DNA from: Trichoplax adhaerens
Taxonomy: Eukaryota > Animalia > Placozoa
Assembly (NCBI RefSeq): GCF_000150275.1
Contig: NW_002060944.1
Location: 375,614 to 439,613, forward strand
Length of the DNA stretch: 64,000 nt
Reading direction: 5' to 3'
The translations under genes were made by a program, and so were the position numbers. The notes under the pieces were generated by a model. It had not been told where the DNA came from. It worked only from the letters and a program-made list of their open reading frames with translations, and did not search any database. This document shows, piece by piece, positions 53,328-64,000 of this stretch (within the stretch, counting starts at the first letter, position 1; the number at the start of each line of letters is the position of its first letter).

Positions 53328-56300
53328 TTAAAGCATCGTGATAGCGATAACTATGCTTGCTACGAGAGATAGACCAGCTCTGATGGCAGTTGCAGCAGCT
53401 AAAGGGGGAAATCAAACATAATAAATCAAGATAAATAGAATCGATGAAGGCAATGCAATTTCAATCTCTTGCAGCTTGTTAACAGCATACTAGTATCATG
53501 CTAGATTGACGTGGTTACTCACATGTCTTGGTTGTAGCCAGGGCTGGTGCTGTGGTTGCCGATGGTGCACTTGTTGAACTATCACTAACATAATTATCGC
53601 CTTGCTGGGCTTGATTTAAGGCTTGCACTTGTGCCGATGACAAGGAACTTTTCTGTGTAGCCGTGATAGCACTTGCTTGACTTTCATCAAATTGGCCAAT
53701 TTGTGCACTAGTGAATTTCTATATAATATTTACATAGACAAGTTGATTAAGAAAGATAGTAACGGTCAGTTTTAGTCCATTTCCTTAAATACTTACTGCT
53801 AACTGACTGCCAGGAAAATTTTTAATGGCATTTGCTTTCATGGCGTTAATTGCATCATTACTAAGTGATGAAAGATCAGCAGAATCACAACCACCTAACA
53901 AAAACGTAAAGTAGAAATTTCTGCGTTACAATCAAAATGAATAGGTCTTTATCATAGCCATGATTATATAACTTTGCTAACATGATACAATATGAGCAAC
54001 ATGCCTAATGCAACTCCTGCAGTTCGAACAGATGCAGTTTCCCATGTTGAAACAGTGCTACCAAATGAGCCTTTAGCTTTAGAGCACAATTGCTGCAACT
54101 GAGCTAATGACATTCCAGGCACAACGCCAATGGTATCAGCGGCATTTCTAATTATTTTGTAAGAAAATAAACGACTTAAATTTGCGGTATCAACACTAAT
54201 GATACTCAAAATTACTTGGTAACCTGTGACCAACGATAATTGATTTAAGTACATCCTGGAGGAATCACTTACTCATAGGCTTGTTGATCTATTTTACTCA
54301 GATCCGATGTTGATAATCCTGCAATCATATTCTTGACAGCAAGGAAATGATCTGCTGTCCAGGTAGCGACGTCTGATCCCGCATAATTGTTCTTAATTCT
54401 GGCAATTAATTCGGTTAACTGCACCAAGTTATCCATTTCAATTATCAAAAAGTAAATATAATGAAGTAGGCAGGCAAAACACATTACAAAATCTCGGCAT
54501 ATTGCTTTTATTTGTATAGCCTTATATACAGTGCTTTATACAAAATACATGAGAGAAAATAAAGCTAGAGCATTTGTCAACCAACCTGTGAAGAATCCCA
54601 TGATTGTTCTCCTAAAGCGGATATAGCATCCGAGTCAGTCAAGTTTAATTTAGCAATATCGGATGAGTTGAATCCAGTCATGATTATTCCCAATGCTGAT
54701 ATTGTGTCAGGACCAAAATGATCCAAACTACCCCAGTACTACAATCCAAATAGAATTATAAAGTTCATTTCTTTCAAAAATTTCGCAATAAATCAAATAG
54801 TAACGTAATTTTATCAGTAATTATTATCAAAGAATAGTTGAACAACCTAGCACTAGAATGAATAACAAGAAAAATTAAATCTGTTTATTGTTCCCCTTAA
54901 TACTAAATTTTCGCCAAGGAACATTAGATAAATAAAAAATATCACAAAGACTAATCCAACTGTTCAGCAAGGGAAATAATAAGGTTAGAATTTAATGGTG
55001 TGCACTGTCATATCTCTTTTAATTAGTAAATCGAACGAAATTAATAATGTAGTAATACAAGTATTGAAATTTCACGCAAGAAAGACCTAAGCCATCTGAA
55101 ATGGAAGTTATTCTAAACTCTTTATGTTTCTTCAGCCTGAGCAATTCAAAATTTCTTCAGAGGGTGTCACGAAATCTCGTTTGGTGGTGAATTGTTGATA
55201 TTTTCAAGTTGAGTTATCATCATAATAATTTCCGATCAATTTACGTTTGAATTGATTTCTGTGCAAATTACTGTGTTCGCCTGTTAAGATTTATGTCTTT
55301 CATATCTAAAACTGATGTAATCTTAACATTTAATATATTTCTGTGATAACAATGTATCCTATATACGCGTATATGCATTAAAGCGACTATTAAGACAAAG
55401 TTAAGTATGAAGTTTTTAATTGTGTGCTTTATTTTCGATCGTTTGATGTACTGTTACAATATAGTATCAGTGATATTGTAAAGGTTCTGCAAATATTCCT
55501 AAGAGATATCTACTGTATGGTGTAATGTTAGTTTACCCTCTAAGTGCTACAAATTTTGTTCTGTGACTGGTAATTGCCCTTTCAAGGTATTAAAATAATC
55601 TAAAGCTGAAGAAATGATCCCTTCAATTAAATTCGCACCTGTTTGGCTCTCGCTGCCAAGGCATAAATTTGATCTTTAGACAAGGATGCATTACCCAAAG
55701 TTTCAACAGAATCTGCGAAAGTAGCATTATCCATGTTATTAATGTCGTTGACAGTTAATCCTGTAGATAAATCGCTTCCAAGAGAAAGGATATCATAAGA
55801 TGTAACTGTGCTTGTTGCTCGTCTTCTTCTCGTTACATTATAAGTCTCGAAATACTTGGCGACGATAACAGCTTTCGTGGCTGCTAAAAACTTTTCTCCA
55901 TTAAAGCTATCAGCCGAAAAACGGATGGTTTCCTATTTCAACATTCAAATTACAAATTTCTGTCATATTTTTTATTCTTTATTTATTCTAGTTTATATCA
56001 TAACTAATTTTGTAAGCTGGTAGCACAGTAACTTTAAGGTATAGATATTTTCAGTCAAAATAATCCATAATTACAGCTACTCTTACCGGATTTAATTTAT
56101 TTAATTCTGCTGATGTAAAGCCATCTAAGCATGGCCCAAGATCACGAACAGTTTCCGAGGGCAATGCTTGCATCGGATTGGCCATATTCACCGGATATCT
56201 ATAAATTTATTAAATTTACAAGTAGCAGTCAGAAAGCCATAGTCCACCTCGATAATTAGTCAACATTAATTTTATGGATTAATGATATTTATAAAGGTAT

Positions 56301-59300
56301 TTCTTTCAATTTGGACAATAGTTATAAACTGATGCACACAATAACTCGGTCAAAATTTTAATCAATATTGCAGCTTACCCCACAGCCATCTTGGTACGAT
56401 TAGCAATCTCCTTCTTTAGTGTTGATGATAAGCATCGAAGTCGGCATATAGAATATAAATGATTGGACAAGACATCGTTGGGGATTCTTTTGATATGGGC
56501 AACTTGCATGCCACAAACTAGTTTACCAAAGCTCAAAATATCGTCATCCGTAAAATTCTTGTTGTTATTTTTTTCCTATCATAAATGCAAGAATTTTTCA
56601 TATTTTCACTATACACAATCTAAAAAAGCACGACAGCACTCGATTTAACCTAAATAATGTCTGCTTTATACAAAAATCATTCATCTATGCTTACATAACA
56701 TCTAAGAGCAGCATCTAATCGTCTCTGATAAGCAAGAATATGCGAACCATCAAAGTTACCGGAGCTTCCAATTGTACGAATAGCTTCCCGACATGTGGCA
56801 TTAGTCATGTTGCCAATTTCTTCAGGCCTGGAGAACATACAATTAAAGAGAAAAGATTCAATATATCATTTCTTAATAGCATCCTAACACATCAAATTAT
56901 TAAACACGTCAGATTGCTATTTCAGGATTCGATTTATTATACATGTAATTTTGCGCGCTTGCTATGTGCTGTTTAAAATATAAAGCTGTGATCGACCATG
57001 ATCAACTAATAACTATAATTAAAAGAAAATAGAATACTAAATCTAGGTTTCTATACTGTTAATAAGCCTAAAGTAAAACTAGAATAAATTACTAGAAGTC
57101 ATCCATCCATGAAATACAGGAGATGAAGAGAAAATATTGTTTGCCCTTGCTGTAAACGTTATCAACTTACGTTAAGAAAGACAAAACTTGGCCTGCAGCA
57201 GTAAGATCATCAGTAGTGATAGAAGAGAAATTTTGAGCACTCGTAATGGCCATACAAGCTTTAAACATGCGATACAAAACTTTAATTTGGCCAATACTCC
57301 AGTCTGTTCGGGCAGTTAAAACTGTTAAAGTATCTATACAACCATCAAATGGTAGTTGGGACAAATTAGCGTGGGTCATTCCAGTCACTAGACTGCCCAT
57401 TTTCCTGTTATCCGTATTCAGCAAACAGAAGATTAGATGGATTAGATATACTGTACTATCTAAAGACTTCTGTATGTAAAGTCATTTAAAGTCTTATGAC
57501 TTAAGCAGATAAATAATGAAGATTCAGTATTTGCTAATGCAAATGTATACTTATTCAATAACGAGAATTCTCATGAAATAAAATAAATCATCAAGTAAAT
57601 TATTATGCGGTGAATTTTTATATTACAACGTGTACTTTTTCCTGACCTAATATTTTCAAAGCCATAGTTACTGCTACTTGTATTACTGATATCACCATAT
57701 TCATCCAGGTACAAATTGATCAATTTTAAAGCCTATTAATGATGAAAGTGACACGTTAGAGTCAGCTTGAAACATCAAAGCAGAAATAAGAAGTGATAAA
57801 ACTAACTTGGCCCTTGGACCAATTTGGTTGACTGTCACCAGTAGCATCCAAATTGCCAAACGTAATGTCGGTTAAATTTCGGAATGGAATATCTTGCACA
57901 AAATCGCTAATGTTGGCTAACATAGTACGGAAATCACTTCCCAACTAGATTATGAAGTAAGAAATGAATTGAAAATGTTATTTAATCTAAACTATTTACA
58001 TCTAGTAATCGATCTATGGATACTTTGCAATCTCTTATATTTTATATTCAGGTATTTACGACTAATTCTATTGTTACTGGGCAAGAATTTCTTTGCAATT
58101 GAAGCTTAAATTCTCAAGATTAAGTTCAAAAGATTTCAGAATATCCCATTAATTCACAACATTTACTACTAAATAGAATAATTCTACAAACTTTTCCATA
58201 TTTTATCCATAAATACTGACATTCCTTCATGATGTATCCTTTTTTATAACTTAAAAGAGGGGATTCTATAAAGTCATAAACTTACTTTCTTGATAATTTT
58301 ACGTCGTGCAACTTTACGAAGACTTTTGACATGAGTTTTGAGTGTGGACAACGAATCCTGAATTGTACTTTTACTCAATTGATCGAAATCTGAAGTTGAT
58401 AGACCAGTAACCAAACTGCCTAGTTGTTTAACATGAGAAGATGTCCATGACTTGACCTAATATGGAAAATTGATTGAAATCGATGATATATAGAAGGAGT
58501 GCTACATAATCATATTAATTAATCGTAGCTGATGCTTATTACCTTCCCCCAGGTATCAGAAGTAGCTTGCTTAATATGATTTAACATGATGCGCCCCTAT
58601 CAACAAATATTGTAATAAATTCATTTAAGGATTTTTGTTTTAACTTCTTTATAATCTACAATATTCCATTTCTTCATCTTAACTCACATTCTGTCGATCG
58701 AAATTAACTGTACTCAAACTGGAGATTGAGTCCAAAACGACACTTCGATTTAGTTGTAAAAGTGATGATCTACCAACCGATTTAGCTATACTACCAATAT
58801 TGCTAAGATCGGCCGCTGTCCAGTTCTTTGGATTGCCATATACTTCAATAGCTCGTTTACCTAAGGCTGCCCTCTATGTATTTCATAAATAGATAACAAT
58901 TAAGATAAATAAAAGTAGTTTAGACGTTAATTTAGCACATAGTGTTTTTAGAGCGAGAAGTAATATTTGTTTAAAGATTACTTGCGCGGCTTTCAACGAT
59001 TGCTTTCCAAGATCTGTAAAAGTATCCCTTAAAGTATTTGCAGGTAGGTTTTTCAATGCTGAAAGGGGTAATACCTTTCTTAATACCCCAATTCTAGAAG
59101 AAAGTGTAAAAATAGATTTAATAGATTTTACCGTCATTTACATCAAGACATAGTTTATTCTTGTATTGGTACTAAGAAAACTGTTCGTAAAGTGTATATT
59201 TTTATTTTCATTCTAAAGGTTATCATCTAGGAAAATGTGGTAATTGATCAGATGCTTCTATTAAAATTAATTTAAACGATTTTACGGGTTTACTTTGCAG

Positions 59301-62253
59301 ATTTGTAATTAATATCTAGTATATTGACGCCTCACAGCTATTATTCACTTTATTTATATAAAAAAATGAATTTGTATAATATTTAGCGCTATGACTAAGT
59401 AGTTACATGCAAAAATTAATAACTTAACTCATAATTTTAGAATAAATCTTCATAATAGGAATGAATTAAACAATTTTAACGGTAAGGTAGAGTGACATAC
59501 ATCAAAGTCTTATATGAAATAAAATCAGTAGAAAAATTTAGTCAACTTACTGATTAATAAGAGTCTTATTCCACGTTTTTGGATTACCCCATACTTTACT
59601 TAATTTGCTAATGATGATATTACCAGCTTCACGAGGTAAAGTAGCTGCTACACCCGGTGTCTTGAAATAGGTTTTCACAAATGCGGCAACCTAATCCAAT
59701 TAGATGTTTTAGAATCTCAGAATATTGAATCATTACTAATTCAATCAATGCTGTTGAATTTTAACTCAAGAATGTGAAACTGTCACCTCTAAGTGTAAAG
59801 CTATTTATAACTGTAAAAAGAAATGATTAATAAAATGTGAGTATTGCAGTAATCAAGTTATCTCATTGAACTGCTGCTACAGATATTTTTCATTAATGAT
59901 CTCGGCAGATGCTCTACTTTACGCTCAGAACAGCTGTTTTAATTTAATGAAGCATGTAAGCTATATATATTTTTTTCTACTCAATGTCTGCTATTTTATG
60001 AAAAAGTTAGCTGATGTTAGATTAGCGCTTTACTGAATGATCATTTTCTAGATACAAAGTGGCTACAGTATATCATAGAAAGTGTTAAAAGCCTTAGAGT
60101 TAATTTTAGCAGATATTATTTCTATAATTTATCAACTTAGAGTAACCTTTGATGAATTATTTTGTAAAGTTCTATAGCTAAGATGAAAGGATGCGTATTC
60201 AACATTTTTCTGCTATATCATTAATGCTCCATGAGAGCATTTGATATCAGTAATTTCATACCTTGATACTTATGTCTATTCTATTAATCTTATCCATTAT
60301 GTTATGGTTTAGCAATTATTATATGAATTTAGCTTGAAATTTACGGATACTTTTATGCTGTAAAGTTCTTCCATTGTATATAATTAAAGTTACTGATTGA
60401 TGTATTTTGTTTAAAGTTACAAAACGATTTGTGTGCTCTGGTACTCTGTAAATCTTCTACCGTATCTAAGAAGACTTTTTACATCATATCTTGTATGGTA
60501 CTGAACGTAATGTAAATTGCTGCGTTTAAGGCTCATATAATTGTTCAATTTAAGCTAATTCACTTCTTTCTACGTTTATGCAATAAAACTAAGAAAGTAT
60601 AAAAGATTTACAAATCTAATAAGGGATAAGTAAACTCAATCTACAATTCCTGGATATACGTATAGCTTAAGCTATTATATAACCATAACAGTATCACCAA
60701 CTATTATAGCTGAAATAATAATGAAAAAGTAATCTGTATTCGAACATGGTACACATAGACAAGATATTAGCACAGTAGTGGGATTAGAAAAAATTAGCGT
60801 TCAATTTGATCTTAATCTATTCTATCATGCCAAATCACGTACATATGAGTTGGATAAAAGTTTGAGGTATTTCACGTCCATATAGGGAAGTAAGATATAA
60901 GAACGGAACTTAAACTGTGAAGATTGAGAAATGGTCCAAGTATTGGGTTTGCCAAATGCTCGTACAGCAGCTTGAATTATAGCAATTCGTTGTCCCTTGT
61001 CAGCATTACGCAGCATTTCTCCTACGACTTTAGAGCTATATTTCAATTTTATCAGCATGTTAGAATTATGAATTGAGCTTCTGATTGTGCAGTAGCTTGT
61101 AGCTCAATATTGTGCTATGCAATGGGGAAATTTAAGTCGTTATCAATCTAGATCGTAGTAAATCGAAAGTAATTTTATTCAGCTCAACTCACTGGTCAGG
61201 AGAACTTAAAATGGTTTTCCAAACCAAAGTAGGAATTTTTGCAAAATCTTGAGGTGAGAAACCGTTGAAAAATTGGGGTAATCGCAACTTTCTCAATAGA
61301 TCTAAATTCCATTTATTAGCATTTCCGTAGTGTACCTTCGCAGCTGCAATGATGGCCGCAGAATAATCTTTCGGAATGGATTTTTTCGAGGCAGTAAACA
61401 AGATCTAGAGGTAGATTATGATTTTAATTAATAAATGTTGATACGATATTCTTGACAATGATCTAATCAAACTAAGCTAACTATTAAGACGCTGGAATTT
61501 TGCTAATCTGCATACTATTATTTCTACTTTGTCTAATTGACTTGCTACATTTCAGCGTCCTACTTCTGCATTGCTATAATTTTCGAAATATCTGATAGCT
61601 ATCTTCAGAACACTCAAAATGAAGCAGTTCTTACCGAAGTTTGTTGAATCATATTCAGAAAGACTTCCTTAGTAGTTAACTTAAGGAAATGGGCTAAAAC
61701 TGCCGATTGTCCCCGAAAGAGTTTATTAGCAATGGATTTAATCATTGAAGTAGGAAGATTTTGAATAACTTCAGGCTAGAATTATAAGTATTACATATGA
61801 GCGAGAGATCAACGCATTTATACGTAGAGTAAAAAGCATAAACGACTATAAAATCAATGAAATAGTTACTTTTAAGATACGAAAGACTTCCACTGGGACT
61901 TTAGCCAGTTCACTCAGGGTTAAGTTTTGAGTGAAATTTGCATCGGTTAACTTCTCCAAGACCTCCGATGGCAGCCTTTTCAACATGGCTTGAATTCGTC
62001 TATAGAATTATTCACGAGATAAATATGAAAGTCAGATATGATGATAGAAGTTTAAAATTAATTTATACTTCTTTCCAAGCTTGCAGATAGTCAATAAGAA
62101 CATCTTACATCTTAGCATGCTTCTCCAATTGTGCTTCTCTAGAGCCAGGTTTAGGAGCTTGTCCAGGTTTATGAAACTGAAATCCATTGAAAGGATTCGA
62201 TGCATTGAAACGGTAGGAACTATTGTCAGGCTTGATGAATCCTGTATTGTTGA
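53328..62253 (-). CDS. Otoancorin/stereocilin/mesothelin-family GPI-anchored superhelical protein; 5' end not identified, probably outside the window
   Basis: More than 20 exons with repeats of the G..S.W....L..LG..V.GL...DL..L type. The C-terminal FTSAQIGQFDESQASAITATQKSSLSSAQVQALNQA resembles the otoancorin/stereocilin C-terminus. A S/T/A-rich stalk and hydrophobic tail (SAATAIRAGLSLVASIVIAITML*) follow, typical of a GPI signal. Stop at 53330-53328. Confidence 0.85.
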
Positions 62254-64000
62254 CTGAAATGTGGAATAGAAATAAAAAATTAGCAGAAAATAGTTAAGGA
62301 AATAGTATTAATCTGAAAGTGGCAAATCAATTCCATTCGACGGATATCGCGTATAATAGGTTGATTCTGAGTAACAGCTTGGACACTTTTTTTAGCGTTA
62401 CAACGATAAATATATCTAAATACATAGTGTTCTAATAGGCTAAATATATAAAGGGAACTGATAGACGGCTGAAAAGTTTATTTCATGTTACTCAGCTGTT
62501 AGCCACTTTTGGAGCTAGACCTTTACTTTTATTATCTAGTAGAATCTTGACAATAAATTTAATATACATTTCGATAGTGTATCATTATAATTTTGTATGT
62601 CTTAAGTTCGATTTAGATACTACTATTTGCACTATTTCTATTTTTAAGTAGCTGGGCTTATTTATTCATTGTCGATAGAGAGTTCTAGTGCTGCTCGAAA
62701 TTAGCTCAAGATTACAAATACATCATCGCATCGGTGTGAATTTCTTAAGATAAGTTTAGGAGCTTTATTTTTGGTATTTGAGCTTCTGAACAACTTATTT
62801 GTAGAATCATACCCATTTCATAATATTTCTTTCATTGCATACATTTCAGGCTATGAAAGAAGGATATATATATATTATATATGTACGGAAATTGATAGGG
62901 TCTGCATATGACAGGTAGACTAAATTTGGAGAATTTGCCTAATAAACCTCATGAAATGAAAGAATAATATACTGCAGGTAATGAAGAAATCGTATATTCA
63001 CAAAGAATTGATAACTGAGACTACGGTTGCTGTTTTGGATTACATAATTACCAGTGGCCTCTTAATTAGATCTATCATATATATTTGGATGATACGAATT
63101 TCATTTATTTCAGTGTTAATCTAAACCAAAGTAAGCACTTTTATGGCAATATATCTATTCGGAGCCATGATCTAGTGATCCCATTGGTGAATTAAACTAT
63201 ACACTAATGTCGCAATTTTGGACTTGCAAAACGAAATATACTCGTCTGCTAATCCGTAAGTAAATATAAACTAAGATCTGATGTTTTCCTACTTTCTCAA
63301 ATTGTAAGTTTATTTTCATTATATGATATCTATAATTAAATTATGGTATCTAAGCATAATGATAAAGCACTGACATTTGATATTGATAAAGATGACTGCT
63401 GAATGAATTACAGTTTAAAATAACAGATTGAATAAAAGGCTGGCCAATTTGTATTTTTTATACGCTGAGTAATCCTTTTATTAATCGCTAATAGTATCGT
63501 CGAGATATAGCGCGATTATTAAAGTTAATAAAGACTCTATAGCTCCTAAAATCTCTAGATTTCTATCAAAATTATTCATGGCAGATTTAAGTTGTAAATT
63601 TTTTCAGCGACGATTGCAAACACATTCTTTCGAAAGTATTTTAATTGAAGGATTAATTTGATGTATCCTAGATATTCTGTCTATCAATACACTTGATACC
63701 GGTAGTTTTCAGTAATTCGCAGATGGTTAACTTCGATTCAGAATTATTGATGTAAAATTACCATACAAGGAAACAGATAACCAAACTACACTATATTAAT
63801 TTATTAATATGACTTAATTGTCTTTCGAATAAACGGCATTGAAATGGAATAGGATAATATTGTAATTCGTGAATAGTCTGGAAAGAGAATGGCAGCCGAT
63901 TGAAATGTACCATTTTCAATGAAATCACTAGAGAAGCTACTATGGCAATCAAGTATGTGATACAATAAATTTTTGTGAACTTTTAAAGGAAAATTTAGTT

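Noticed and set aside
62813-62850. Additional upstream exon of the otoancorin-like gene
   Set aside because: It has splice-like ends but stops in all three minus-strand frames.

Overview
AT-rich, intron-dense eukaryotic (animal) genomic DNA. Short introns, an intronless TPR gene and the gene content suggest an early-branching metazoan such as a placozoan; this is inference only. The dominant feature is a ~28-kb plus-strand gene (675-28649) that I reconstructed by hand from splice sites. It reads as a rebuilt Apaf-1-like protein: an N-terminal CARD-like exon, then about 65 frame-symmetric phase-1 exons encoding roughly 2,300 aa of polar low-complexity sequence where the NB-ARC ATPase core should be, then an Apaf-1-like winged-helix and helical domain, then a degenerate WD40-type region. 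One inserted exon encodes a RIPK1-like RHIM motif (IFNQAGIQIG). The rest of the window holds a zinc-ribbon/ubiquitin-like-fold gene (-), an intronless TPR gene with a myristoylation-type N-terminus (-), a MADF/BESS-like transcription factor (-), and RPS26 (-) with a 5'TOP-like tract and a tiny palindromic MITE upstream. It ends with the 3' part of a GPI-anchored otoancorin/stereocilin/mesothelin-family gene (-) carrying a furin-type site. All domain calls come from recalled family sequences, not from searches.
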